From NCBI GenBank assembly GCA_033764015.1, contig JANRJK010000019.1, positions 4,872 to 68,871 of the forward strand: a stretch of DNA of 64,000 nucleotides, in the 5' to 3' direction. Within the stretch, counting starts at the first letter, position 1; each line of letters opens with the position of its first letter. Positions 34,779-44,862 of this stretch are shown here, in pieces. The translations under genes were made by a program, and so were the position numbers. Under the pieces are notes generated by a model. That model ran no database searches and was not told where the DNA came from. It worked only from the letters and a program-made list of their open reading frames with translations. Source of the stretch: Candidatus Sumerlaeia bacterium (GTDB lineage: Bacteria > Sumerlaeota > Sumerlaeia > SLMS01 > JANRJK01).

Positions 34779-37700
34779 ATGGAAGACGATCCGACCCCCG
34801 ACGCGCGCGAGCTGGCGAACACCGTTCCGCTGCATGTCCCCAGCGACTTGCCGGCGAGACCGTCGCTATCGTACAACCGCCGCTTCCCGAACGCCCAGGA
34901 CTCTTCGGATTCGGAGGAGGGCGACGACGATGGCTCGCCGGAAACGCTCGCCCAGCAAGCGCCCGGCAGCCGCTCGGGATCCATCGGCAAGGCGATCCGC
35001 GACGGCGCGATCACTCACGACGCCGACGCGCTCGGCTTCCATTTCGAACGACTGATCGGCCGGGGCGGCATGGGCGAAGTTTGGGAGGCCGTCCAGGCAC
35101 GCCTCGGGCGCATCGTCGCCGTCAAGCGCCTGCGCCCGCGCGGACGCGACTCCGACGATCATCACAGCACCGCCGCCCTGCACTCCTTCGAAGGCGAGGC
35201 GCTGACCGCCGCCCTCCTGGACCACCCGAACATCGTGCCGGTCTACGACCTCGGCTTCGATTCCGCCGGCCGCCCCCTCATGGCGATGAAGCTGGTCCGC
35301 GGCACCAACTGGCAAAAAGTCATCGAGCGCGACTTCAAGGCCCTCGAACCGGAGGACTACCTCGCCAAGCACCTGCCCATCTTCATGCAGGTGGTCCAGG
35401 CGGTCCTCTTCGCGCACTCCCGCGGCGTCGTCCACCGCGACCTGAAGCCCACCCAGGTCATGATCGGAGAGTACGGCGAAGTGCTCCTCATGGACTGGGG
35501 CCTCGCCATGATGATCGGCGATCCGCCGAGCCACATCGACCGCTCCACGTACCACGCCCGCTACCCGACGGCGGCGACCGCGGACAACCCTTCCGGGACA
35601 CCGGGCTACATGGCGCCCGAGCAGACCGAGATGTTCACCACGCGCATCGGCCCGTGGACGGACATCTACCTCCTCGGCGGGACGCTCTACCGGCTCCTCA
35701 CCGGAAAGCTCCCGCATCCCGGACGCACCAGCCAGGAAGTCTACCTCCACGCCGCCCACGGAGTGGTCCAGCCGTTCGCGGAGGCGGCGCCGGGACGCCA
35801 CGTGCCGGCGGACCTCGAACGCGTCGCGATGTGGGCCATGCTGCCCAATCCGGCGGAACGCCCCACGGGACGCGAGTTCGCCGACGCGCTGCAGGAGTTC
35901 ATGACCGGCTCCTCGAACCGCCGGGAATCCGAGCGCATCACCGACGAGATGGCGCTCGAAGCGCCGGACGACAACTACGCGGCCTACGTCGCGGGCCTGG
36001 CGAAGCTCGCCAACGCGATCCGCCTCTGGCCCGGCAACCACGACGTTGCGCCGCTGCGCGAGCGCCACCTGCTCGGCTACGCGAAGCTGGCGCTCCGCGA
36101 GGGCGACCTCTCCCTCGCCCGCGCGCAGGCGGAGCGGCTCGACGACGGCGAGGCCAAGCTCCGGCTGCTGAAGCAGATCGACGACGCGGCGCGCGCGGCC
36201 GCGCTCCAGAAGCGCCGCAACCAGCAGCTCGGGCTCGCCGCCGCCGCCATGCTCCTCGTCATCCTCGGCGGCGGCGCGGTCTTCACCCTCAGGCTCTCCG
36301 AGGCCAATCATGCCACCCGGGTGCAACTCGTCCTCACCAGCGAAGCCCGTATCGCGGAGGCGGACGCCCGCCGCGCGGCGCAGTTCGAGCTCCGCCGCGC
36401 CACGCTCCTCCTCGCCGAGTCGCTGATCGCCGAGGACCGCCTCGACGACGCCGTGAACGAGCTGCGCCGCATCCCCCTCGAAGAGCGCGGCCTCGAGTGG
36501 CGCTATCTGCTCACCAAGGCGCTCAAGGACCTTTGGTACAGCCCCTACGAGTACATGCACTTCTCGCCCTCCCGCAGGTTCGTGCTGGGGAACTTGGAGG
36601 GGGAGGGCCTCGCCGCGCTCCTCGCGGAGCCCGGAACCGTGCTGGCGCCCCTGGTCGATGCCCTGCCGGACGGGTTGGTCGTCGCTTGGTCGCGCGACGA
36701 GTCGCTGTTGGCCCTCGACGCCCCGACGCTTCCGCTGACGGTTTGGGAAACGGATAGCTGGCGGGTGCTCCGCAGCGAGGACCCCTCGACCACCGACACG
36801 GTGCGCGCGATCGACTTCTCCCCGGACGGACGCCAGCTCGCACTGGGCTACGAAAGCGGGCTCGTGACCGTGATGCCGCTCGCGGATGGATCCGAGCGGG
36901 CGCTCGCCCGCCATTCGACTCCGATCATCGGGGTTTTCTGGGGGGAGACCAAGTTGATGACGGCATCCCCCGACGAGCTTCGCCGGGTAGATCCGAAGAG
37001 TGGTGCACATACATTGGTCTACCGCACCGGAGCGGCCAGTGTTCCCTTCCGTCCTTTTAAGATTAGTGCGAACCGGCAGCGCACCCACGTCGCCTTCGGA
37101 CATGTGTTTGAAAAGGTTGCCTCAGTGGGAATCGAGGCAGGCGTTCCCATTACCTACTCGCACCCAGCAATACAGTGGTCCTTTAGCGGTCTCCAACAGC
37201 ACTTGATCCTTCCAGGGTTTGGATTCGAACCGCAAGTGGCGGTCTACGACCTCGAGACCGGACAAGATGTGTCGCGAAGGGCGCAGCCGAAGGTGCAAGC
37301 TATCGATCAAAATAGTAGTTTGCATGTGGCGAACGATGTTCACTACGTGGACTTGTCCGCCGCGGAGGACGTCGCTCTGGTGCTCGAAAGGCGGCATGAT
37401 TATGCATTGCGGAACTACCCCTCATTCTCCGCCCTCTTGAACGGCAAGTCCGTTTACTCTGGCAGGGAAATGGACCGTGTCACACTCCATCCATCAGGGC
37501 GGGCCCTTTGGGTGGCGCGCCCCGGCGGCCCCACCCGGACAGTCCCGGCTTCCTCGGCGTGGGCGGGACTTCCCATCCCCGGCAGCTACCCGAGCTTCGG
37601 GACCAACGACGCCTATATCGCTGCGTTGCAGCACGAATCTCACGACCACTTCGACCCCTCCACTGGTGAGAGAATTTTCGACTCGGGAGGCAAATTCAAC

Positions 37701-39584
37701 ATCTACCGGGGTTCCGACATGTCTGAGGATCGGAAGCGCTTCCTTCTTCCCGGGGTGCGGAGCGAAAAATACACCGTCCGTGTGTTCGACTACGAGAAGA
37801 AAGTATTGTTGAAAGAGCATGTCTTCGACTTCGGCTTCCGACGCGCCTTCTTCTCCGCCGAGAAGTCCACCATTGGGTTCCTCGCCCCCGATGGGACAAA
37901 TGCTGAAATCTATTCATTGTCGGGCGATTCGCCAGTACTCCTCATCGAAATGAAGGCGGAGGCAGAAGACATTTTCACGTTCGGATCGAGCTCGCCGGAT
38001 GGTGCGACATACTATCTGGGTACCATGTCCGGGCGGCTATGTGTGGTCGATGCTGCGAAAGGCACCGTTCTCCGCGAGTTCGAGCCGACCCCCAACCCGA
38101 TCCTACTCATTTCACAACGCCTCGACGGTCACTTGGTGGTGATTGACAACTCGAACATCGTGACGTTGGTTTCCGCAATCGACGGCACCATGGTGAACCG
38201 GGTACCCTTCAGCTTCGAGCCGCAGGGGCTGGCGGTTTCGCGGGCGGGCGACTTGGTCGCCTCTTGGAGCGAGTCGGGGCAGATCGAGGTGCGCAGACTC
38301 GGGGATGGCACGGTCGTCTCCCAGTCCAAGCGGACGGACTTCCCGCTCTTCGCGCTCCGCTTCGTCGGCGGCGACTCGCGGCTCATGGCATACGGAGACG
38401 GCGAGGCCCGCCTGTTCGATCCCGCTACCGGCGAAGACATCTTCACGATCCGGGATGGCTTCGGATCGCTCAGCGCGAGCGAGGACATGTACCTCGCGGA
38501 GGTCGAGGCCGGCAGGATCAGCGCACTGGTGTCGCTGGCCCCGAAGGAAGCCTTCGCGGAAGTCGGCGCCGCGGGTTCCGACTCGGCGGATGCGGCCCTC
38601 CACCGCTGGCGGCTCGACCGATACAGGACATGGCACCAGTACGCGATCCGGCACCGCGTCCACCCGGGCTGGAGCGCGGGGGCGGCGGTCTTGGAGCCCG
38701 GGGCGGTTCCCGCCTTGCGCGATTTCAGCTACCTATTCTCGATCGGCGAAGTCCCCGCCAACGATACGGCACTTCGGTTCCCCCGGACACGGCTCGAGCT
38801 CTTCGCCGCGTTCACGCTCGCCGCCGACCTGTTCCGATCTCCAATTGAGGACGGCTTTACGGAGTTCCCGGTCCTGAACGCGACCGCCCAGGCGGCGCCG
38901 GAGCTGTTCAACGGCCCCGTGGGATCCGCGGCGATCCTCATCGGCTCGGCCTACAGCCGGCGCTTGGAGGAGTCGCCCAGGATCGACTCGGAAGTGTGGG
39001 CCTTCGCTAGCCTGCTCCGCCACCAGCTCGACGCCGCGCGCGCACTCGCGGAACGCGGCGACCGCGAGGCGGCCTCCGCCGTGCTGCTGCGCGCCGCCGC
39101 GCATGTCCGGCTCGCAGACACACCCACGGGAGATTGGGAGTACGAACTCCGGCGCCTTGGCCTCGAACTTCCGGTACCTCCGCCGGCGGAGCTGGTGCGC
39201 GGGCCGAACATGGGAAGCCCGCCCTTCGTGCTGGAGCGCATGGCCATGCTCGATCCGATGGCGCCGCTGGAGGTGCGCGCCGCGGTCGCGAAGCAGGCCG
39301 CCGACGAGTACGCCGAGCGCGCGCGCGAGTACCTCGACCGCGTCGCCCCCCTTGTGGACTGGGACGCCCTGGTCGCCCGCCACGCGCCGTTCCCAGAGGA
39401 CTCACCCGTCCGCGAGGGCGTCCCCTTCGGACCCTACATCGCCGAGCGCCTCCCCGACCTTGAGCGGGGCGTGCTCGGCGGGCTCACGCTCGACGAGGCG
39501 CTGGAAGCGGAGCGCCGCCGCATCGAGGAGTTGTTCGCACCTCCCGCCATCCCGGACAGCGGCAGCCGGGTAGTCGCTCCCTAG
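34779..39584 (+). CDS. Ser/Thr protein kinase with a large C-terminal beta-propeller/repeat region
   Basis: LIGRGGMGEVWEA (Gly loop), AVKRL (Lys), HRDLKPTQVM (catalytic loop), DWGLA (DFG-like), GTPGYMAPE (activation loop). Followed by a coiled coil, a TM segment and WD40-like repeats. Confidence 0.85.
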   Translation: MEDDPTPDARELANTVPLHVPSDLPARPSLSYNRRFPNAQDSSDSEEGDDDGSPETLAQQAPGSRSGSIGKAIRDGAITHDADALGFHFERLIGRGGMGEVWEAVQARLGRIVAVKRLRPRGRDSDDHHSTAALHSFEGEALTAALLDHPNIVPVYDLGFDSAGRPLMAMKLVRGTNWQKVIERDFKALEPEDYLAKHLPIFMQVVQAVLFAHSRGVVHRDLKPTQVMIGEYGEVLLMDWGLAMMIGDPPSHIDRSTYHARYPTAATADNPSGTPGYMAPEQTEMFTTRIGPWTDIYLLGGTLYRLLTGKLPHPGRTSQEVYLHAAHGVVQPFAEAAPGRHVPADLERVAMWAMLPNPAERPTGREFADALQEFMTGSSNRRESERITDEMALEAPDDNYAAYVAGLAKLANAIRLWPGNHDVAPLRERHLLGYAKLALREGDLSLARAQAERLDDGEAKLRLLKQIDDAARAAALQKRRNQQLGLAAAAMLLVILGGGAVFTLRLSEANHATRVQLVLTSEARIAEADARRAAQFELRRATLLLAESLIAEDRLDDAVNELRRIPLEERGLEWRYLLTKALKDLWYSPYEYMHFSPSRRFVLGNLEGEGLAALLAEPGTVLAPLVDALPDGLVVAWSRDESLLALDAPTLPLTVWETDSWRVLRSEDPSTTDTVRAIDFSPDGRQLALGYESGLVTVMPLADGSERALARHSTPIIGVFWGETKLMTASPDELRRVDPKSGAHTLVYRTGAASVPFRPFKISANRQRTHVAFGHVFEKVASVGIEAGVPITYSHPAIQWSFSGLQQHLILPGFGFEPQVAVYDLETGQDVSRRAQPKVQAIDQNSSLHVANDVHYVDLSAAEDVALVLERRHDYALRNYPSFSALLNGKSVYSGREMDRVTLHPSGRALWVARPGGPTRTVPASSAWAGLPIPGSYPSFGTNDAYIAALQHESHDHFDPSTGERIFDSGGKFNIYRGSDMSEDRKRFLLPGVRSEKYTVRVFDYEKKVLLKEHVFDFGFRRAFFSAEKSTIGFLAPDGTNAEIYSLSGDSPVLLIEMKAEAEDIFTFGSSSPDGATYYLGTMSGRLCVVDAAKGTVLREFEPTPNPILLISQRLDGHLVVIDNSNIVTLVSAIDGTMVNRVPFSFEPQGLAVSRAGDLVASWSESGQIEVRRLGDGTVVSQSKRTDFPLFALRFVGGDSRLMAYGDGEARLFDPATGEDIFTIRDGFGSLSASEDMYLAEVEAGRISALVSLAPKEAFAEVGAAGSDSADAALHRWRLDRYRTWHQYAIRHRVHPGWSAGAAVLEPGAVPALRDFSYLFSIGEVPANDTALRFPRTRLELFAAFTLAADLFRSPIEDGFTEFPVLNATAQAAPELFNGPVGSAAILIGSAYSRRLEESPRIDSEVWAFASLLRHQLDAARALAERGDREAASAVLLRAAAHVRLADTPTGDWEYELRRLGLELPVPPPAELVRGPNMGSPPFVLERMAMLDPMAPLEVRAAVAKQAADEYAERAREYLDRVAPLVDWDALVARHAPFPEDSPVREGVPFGPYIAERLPDLERGVLGGLTLDEALEAERRRIEELFAPPAIPDSGSRVVAP

Positions 39585-39650
39585 ACAAAGAGATCGGGCT
39601 CCGGGAGTCGCCTCCCGGAGCCCGTCTTGTACCGCGTTGTTGCACTCGCG

Positions 39651-42600
39651 CTACCTTGCCGGCGCCGGCGTCGGCGTGGGCGACGGCAGCGGCGTCGGCG
39701 TGGCGGCGGGGATCGATTCGTCCTCCGCGTCCGCCGAGCGCGCGCCCGTCGAGACCCGCAGGTTGTAGGTGTTCGTGCCGCGCGTCGCGCCGTAGACGCG
39801 GACGAGGAGTTGCGAGCGCCCGCCGGTCGGGATGTTCAGCGACTCGTTCACGTCGAGGTTCGGCGTGAAGTTGCCGAACAGGATGTCGTAACCGCAGCCC
39901 GGATCGACCGCCATCACCATGAAGTAGAGCTGGCCGGAGAGCTTGTTCGCCTCCATCCGAACGTTGATCGACGAGAGCCCCGTGGTATTGACGAGGTAGA
40001 AGTCGTCGTCCTTCAGGATCAGGTCGTTGTAGGTCTGGCCGAGGTTGATCGACGTGAACTGGCACGGCGAGTTGTTCGGTTCGAGCGCGTCGTCGGCGCC
40101 GAGTTCCGCGATGGTCACCGAGTACGACGGGTTGGTCGCCCCGCCCTCGCCGTAGATCCGCAGGAAGAGCTCCGTTCCGACACCGGAGCGGTCCACGTAG
40201 GTGAACGTCTCCTGGTTGGTGGTCGAGTAGCTCTCCGCGAGGCGCAGCGGGAAGCCGCCCGAATCGGTGCAGCGGCCGTCGTAAAGTTCCGCGTTTAGAT
40301 TACCGTTCGCGTGGGTGAAGTTCACCGTGACTCGCAACGTGCCGCAGGACGCGTTCGGCAGGCGGTACCAATCCTCGTTGAGGGAAACCAGCCCCGACGT
40401 CGTGCCAACCGGCAGCGAGGGGCGGGAGCGGGCCTCGGTGAGGTTGTTGTTCGACTCGAAGGAGTCGTCGCTGGGCGGGGCGCTGCCGGACTGCGTGACG
40501 GTCACCGAGGTACCCGCCACGGTGATCGTGCCCTGCCGCTGCGAGAGCCCGCTGTTCTGCGTCACCGTCACCTGCACGGTGCCCCCGCCAGTACCGGACG
40601 TGGGCGAGAGCGTCACCCAGTCGAGCGATTCGCTGCTGTCCCACGCGCAGCTCGGCGCGGAGGCGGTGACCGTGAGGTTCTGCGATCCCGAGGAGGCGCC
40701 GAAGCTCAGGCTAGTTGGCGATGCGGAAACTGTGCAGGGCGGCGCATCGCACTCGTCCGGGATCCCGTTGCTGTTCGTGTCCTGCGACGTGCCCGCGATC
40801 GAGGCTGGGCCGGTGAGCGTAAAGCTGTACGCGCCACCGGCGCCGTTGAAGCCGCCGAGCCGGATCGAGTAGACCGTGCCAGCCACCGCATTGAAGGTTG
40901 CGATGGATCGCGTGCTGGTGGCGCAGGAGCTGTCGTCGTTGCAGGCGACTTCCGCGCCGCCGCATCCGTCCGTCACGACGATCACGGTGTCGAAGGACGA
41001 GTCGCATGCGGAGATGGTCGCTTGGCCGCTCTGCGCCGGCCAGTAGGTGTAGAACACGCTCTTGCCGACATCCGCGCAGGATGCGGCGACAAGGTCCGTC
41101 GCCAGCGCCGATGTGTTGCCCGTGTAGGTGAAGCCCGGACCGATGTCCGGCCCGGCGCCGCACGACGCGGAGCCGACTGCCGCGGCGAGGTTCACCACGT
41201 CATAGAAGTCCGGCACACCGTTGCCGTTGCAGTCTTGGATGATCTCAAGGGACACGGCGATGGTCTGCGGCGAGTTGGATGCTCCAGACGCCGTCACGGT
41301 GATGGTCGCGTTGTAGCTCCCAGGCGTCAGGCCAGAGGTCGAGTAGGTAACGGTGACCGTATCCTCTTCGCCCGTCGAAGTGCCGCTGGTGGGCGAGACG
41401 GAGAGCCAAGTCTGGTTGTCGGACACCGTATAGGAGAGCGTGCCGGCCCCGCTGTTGCGCACCGTGAAAGTGTCGTTGCCCGGGCCCGAGCTTTCGGTGC
41501 CGACGGGGGCCAGGGTGGTCTTGTTGAGCGCGATGACCGGCGTCGCTGCGCCCGGGATCGCGTCGAAGGCGCGCTGCACGTTGACGAAGGGCTTGGTGAT
41601 CCCCGGGTTCAGGCCGCCATTCTTCGTGTCGGTGATGTTGTCCCCGTTGTTGACGAGGAGCGTGCGCATCTCGGAGGCGGTATAGTACGACCCGCGCTTC
41701 GTGAAGGATGCGGACTGGAGGATGGCGATCACGCCCGCCACATACGGCGTGGCGGCGGAGGTGCCGCCAAAGCTCTGCGTGTAGTTCCCCGTCGAATACC
41801 CGGCCGTGCCCACGAGGTCCGTCGCCGCCGCGTTGTTCGACGGGGCGAAGACGTCCATGAAGCTGGCGACGTTCGAATACATCGTCACCTTCTTGGCCGA
41901 GGTGGCTTCGAAAGCGAGGTCGAGGCCGCCGCACTGCGCATCCGCCGTGGCGCCCGCATAGCAGGTCGAGTTGTCCAGGCAGAAGCCGATGGTGCCGATA
42001 TTGGCGTCGTAGGCGGCGCCGACTCGGATGATCGGCGACACGCAGGCGGGCGCGGCGATCTGGTTGCAGAAGCCGTTGTTGCCCGTCGCCGCGACTACGA
42101 TGATCCCGGCGGCGATGGCCGAGTTGGCGGCGTTCAGGTACGAGGGGTTGCTCGCGTCGCAGCTCGACGCGCTCGTGAAGCCACCGCCGCCGAGCGACAT
42201 GCTCATCACCCGGATTGGCGCGCTGGGCACCACGGTGCGGTTCGTCACGCACCAGTCCATGCCCTGCACGATGTCGATGCTCGAGGCGAACTGGTCCGCG
42301 CCGTCGGGGAACACCTTCACTGCGGCGATGCGCGCGTCGGGCGCGACGCCGCCGATGTAGCTCCCGGGCGAGCCGGCGCCGCTCGGCACGCCGCCGCCCG
42401 AAATGCCCGCGCAGGCTGTGCCGTGGGCGCCGGTGGCGTTGCGAGGATCGCTGTCGCCCGCGCCGCCCGCCGCGGTGCCTGCTGTGTCGATGCCGCTCAC
42501 CACCTTGGAGTTCGGGAAGCCACCGCCCCCAAGGTCCGGGTGCGTGTAGTCCACGCCGTCGTCGAGGATCGCGATCGTCATTCCGGCGCCGCGGTGCGTG

Positions 42601-43136
42601 GTACGGACCGTCGTCGCGTTCAGGAGCGGGATCCCTTCCGCATCGAAGCGCTCGGCGAAGCGCTCCGGCTCGACCGACTGCACGCGCGGGTCCTCCAGCA
42701 GCGCCGCGAGGCCGGTCGCGTCCACGTCCACGGCGAAGGCCGCGAAATTCTCGTAAACCGCCATCACCTCGTGCGCGTTCTTGTCGAGCTGCGCCAGCAC
42801 GTCCTTGCTGTGCGACGTCACCTGCGAGCGCCACACCGAGAGGTCCGCGTCGGAGGACCAGTCCACCTGCGCCCGCGAGCGCTGCGGCGGATCGATCAGA
42901 TTCACGATCACGCGCATGCGTCCGCTCTCCGCGCGGGTGGAGGCGAAGATCGTCTCGGGCTCGATCAGCTTCGGCGAGCCGGGATGGAACTCGAGGAGCT
43001 GGCGGCTGAAGGCGGCCTGCTCCGTGTTGCTCGGCTTTGCAGCTGCCGGCAGGCGCGGTTCGGCGGCGGCGCCGAACGCCATCGCGGCGAAGACAGCGAG
43101 GACGGCGGCGCGACGCCAAGAGGTTTTAAGTGTCAT
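39651..43136 (-). CDS. secreted subtilisin-like serine protease (S8) with tandem PPC domains
   Basis: Signal peptide MTLKTSWRRAAVLAVFAAMAFGAAA. The catalytic triad is marked by AILDDGVD, HGTACAGI and GTSAATPYVAGV. Two PPC-like domains follow (FESNNNLTEA...EDWYRL and LEPNNSPCQF...DDFYLV), and the C-terminus is a Pro/Thr-rich tail. Start at ~43136 is derived from frame arithmetic; the TTG-initiated extension to 43511 is rejected. Confidence 0.85.
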   Translation of the reverse strand: MTLKTSWRRAAVLAVFAAMAFGAAAEPRLPAAAKPSNTEQAAFSRQLLEFHPGSPKLIEPETIFASTRAESGRMRVIVNLIDPPQRSRAQVDWSSDADLSVWRSQVTSHSKDVLAQLDKNAHEVMAVYENFAAFAVDVDATGLAALLEDPRVQSVEPERFAERFDAEGIPLLNATTVRTTHRGAGMTIAILDDGVDYTHPDLGGGGFPNSKVVSGIDTAGTAAGGAGDSDPRNATGAHGTACAGISGGGVPSGAGSPGSYIGGVAPDARIAAVKVFPDGADQFASSIDIVQGMDWCVTNRTVVPSAPIRVMSMSLGGGGFTSASSCDASNPSYLNAANSAIAAGIIVVAATGNNGFCNQIAAPACVSPIIRVGAAYDANIGTIGFCLDNSTCYAGATADAQCGGLDLAFEATSAKKVTMYSNVASFMDVFAPSNNAAATDLVGTAGYSTGNYTQSFGGTSAATPYVAGVIAILQSASFTKRGSYYTASEMRTLLVNNGDNITDTKNGGLNPGITKPFVNVQRAFDAIPGAATPVIALNKTTLAPVGTESSGPGNDTFTVRNSGAGTLSYTVSDNQTWLSVSPTSGTSTGEEDTVTVTYSTSGLTPGSYNATITVTASGASNSPQTIAVSLEIIQDCNGNGVPDFYDVVNLAAAVGSASCGAGPDIGPGFTYTGNTSALATDLVAASCADVGKSVFYTYWPAQSGQATISACDSSFDTVIVVTDGCGGAEVACNDDSSCATSTRSIATFNAVAGTVYSIRLGGFNGAGGAYSFTLTGPASIAGTSQDTNSNGIPDECDAPPCTVSASPTSLSFGASSGSQNLTVTASAPSCAWDSSESLDWVTLSPTSGTGGGTVQVTVTQNSGLSQRQGTITVAGTSVTVTQSGSAPPSDDSFESNNNLTEARSRPSLPVGTTSGLVSLNEDWYRLPNASCGTLRVTVNFTHANGNLNAELYDGRCTDSGGFPLRLAESYSTTNQETFTYVDRSGVGTELFLRIYGEGGATNPSYSVTIAELGADDALEPNNSPCQFTSINLGQTYNDLILKDDDFYLVNTTGLSSINVRMEANKLSGQLYFMVMAVDPGCGYDILFGNFTPNLDVNESLNIPTGGRSQLLVRVYGATRGTNTYNLRVSTGARSADAEDESIPAATPTPLPSPTPTPAPAR

Positions 43137-43281
43137 GTGGTTCACCGTGGGGCGGAATGGTCCGAGTTGTCCCGCCCCGGAGCCGTCTCTGCAAGCGTCT
43201 TCTAACCCCCCGCCCGGTTTGACAACCGGGGCCCGCCGCGCCATGCTTCCAGCCTGTAGCCGCGCGAGAGGAACCCCGCCA

Positions 43282-43881
43282 ATGCCCGATACCCCCGAGC
43301 CCCGCCCCGCCCCGTTGGGCCAGATCGACCTCTCCGCGGAGGTCGGCAAGGGTCCCCTCTCCTGGGCCGACGCGCTGAAGGAACTCGAATCGGCCACCCC
43401 GGCCCCGAAGCCGCAGCCCCGCCCCAAGGCGGAGGCGCCCGCCGCGGCTCCGGCCCCGCCCGCCGAGCCCACTCCGGCTCCCGCGCCAACGCTCCGCGCC
43501 GGCGAGCCCAACAGCCGCTACGACCAGATCCGCCGCACCCCGGGAATGCAGGTGAAGACCGAGGACGTCAAGATCCTCGACGAGCTGTCGACGATCCTCG
43601 GCTACGTCAACTCCGCGTCCGCCGCGCTGGCCAAGTTCACCAAGGACCACCCGACGCTGGTGGCGCCCAACATTTCGTATCTCTGGCAGGACAACTTGAA
43701 GGAGACCTCGACCGTCATGCTGCGCGAGTTCCACGCGCTGCGGAACGGGCGCCTCGCCAAGAGCTACGACAAGCGCAACGTTTGCACCAAGTGCCACACG
43801 GTCTACATGTCGCCGCTCCCGGACGGCATCTGCGACGAGTGCCGCAGCAACACCGGCGACCACACGACGGGCGAGTACTAG
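43282..43881 (+). CDS. hypothetical protein with C-terminal zinc ribbon
   Basis: Pro-rich N-terminus; C-terminal CTKCHTVYMSPLPDGICDEC. GAGGAA RBS upstream. Confidence 0.5.
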   Translation: MPDTPEPRPAPLGQIDLSAEVGKGPLSWADALKELESATPAPKPQPRPKAEAPAAAPAPPAEPTPAPAPTLRAGEPNSRYDQIRRTPGMQVKTEDVKILDELSTILGYVNSASAALAKFTKDHPTLVAPNISYLWQDNLKETSTVMLREFHALRNGRLAKSYDKRNVCTKCHTVYMSPLPDGICDECRSNTGDHTTGEY

Positions 43882-43888
43882 CCCCTCC

Positions 43889-44764
43889 TTGTCCTTCCTC
43901 GGCAAGCTCTTCAAGAGCACGCAAAGCGCCGTCCCGCTTGTGCCGGGATGCCTTGCGGCGCTCGCCCATGGCTTCCGCTTCGAGGTGCCCCCCGCCGAAT
44001 TCCCCGCGCGCCTCGCGGAGCTGCAGTCCCGCGGCATCGTCGCGGGCCTCTGGGCGGAGCTGAACCCGCAACTCGCGGAAGCCGCGGAGGCGCTCCTCGC
44101 GGCGCCGCCCGCCGATTCCATCGCACGCTGGCGGTCGCCGGGCGCGGCCTCCGCGCTCTTCCTCGGCGCCGAGCCCCCCGCCGGATCGCGGCGCGACCTC
44201 CAGTGGTTCAAGGCCGGCCTCCCCCTCGGCGGCCTCCGCGCCGAGCCCGCCCACCTGCTCGCGCCCGACAGCGAGCGCTCCTTCCGCTGCGACCCGGCCG
44301 CAACCCCCCGGCTCCGGTTCCGCGAGGAGTGGGAAGCGGAACTGGTGATGGCGCTCGCCCGCCCGCGGCCCCTCGCCGCGGACCGCGATCCTTGGGAGGA
44401 ACTCGGCGCCGAGCTCGACATCCCCGCCGCCGAGGTCCTTGCCGCGCTCAAGCGCCTCACGGTCGAGGGCGTGCTGCGGCGCGTGGCGCTTCGCTGGAGC
44501 CCCGCGGGCCTAGGCTGGCGCGGCTGCGGGCTCGCGGAGTGGGACTTCGAGGACGCCGCCGGGGCGGCACCGGCCGGCGACGCGCTGGCGGGCCTCCTGG
44601 GCACCGGCGATGTGGCGTGGCGCGAAGGCCCGGGCGGGAGCCCCCGCCTGACCGCGCTCTTCCTTGCTCCCGGCGAGGGCGTCGGCCGCGCGGCGGCGGA
44701 ATCCGTCGCCGCGCAATGGTCCCGGCCCCTTGCCGCGTGGACCACTCTCCCGGAACTCCGCTAA
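43889..44764 (+). CDS. hypothetical protein with two AsnC/NirD-AhbA-like repeats (tentative)
   Basis: Repeated pattern LAELQSRGIVAGLWA and AEVLAALKRLTVEGVLRRVALRW...GLAEWDF, reminiscent of siroheme-decarboxylase (NirDL/AhbAB) regulatory-fold proteins. Weak. Confidence 0.35.
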   Translation: MSFLGKLFKSTQSAVPLVPGCLAALAHGFRFEVPPAEFPARLAELQSRGIVAGLWAELNPQLAEAAEALLAAPPADSIARWRSPGAASALFLGAEPPAGSRRDLQWFKAGLPLGGLRAEPAHLLAPDSERSFRCDPAATPRLRFREEWEAELVMALARPRPLAADRDPWEELGAELDIPAAEVLAALKRLTVEGVLRRVALRWSPAGLGWRGCGLAEWDFEDAAGAAPAGDALAGLLGTGDVAWREGPGGSPRLTALFLAPGEGVGRAAAESVAAQWSRPLAAWTTLPELR

Positions 44765-44862
44765 ACCACCCCTCGAAGCCAAACCCGCCGCGCTAAGGAC
44801 TTGTCCCACTTACCGGGTCCAGTCGGAATAACCCGGATTCGCAGCCTCCCCGAAGGCGGACC

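Noticed and set aside
34866-37103. 745-aa minus ORF antisense to the kinase gene
   Set aside because: The kinase catalytic motifs lie on the plus strand. The minus frame is low-complexity.
40311-43205. 964-aa plus ORF and 41245..43119 624-aa minus ORF over the subtilase gene
   Set aside because: The S8 catalytic triad motifs are only in the 39651..43136 minus frame.
43207-43236. CCGGTT-TGAC-AACCGG palindrome in the subtilase/hypothetical divergent region
   Set aside because: Only 6-bp arms; this could easily occur by chance in GC-rich DNA.
43126-44745. 539-aa minus ORF
   Set aside because: It overlaps two plus-strand genes with RBSs and has Arg/Ser/Ala low-complexity composition.
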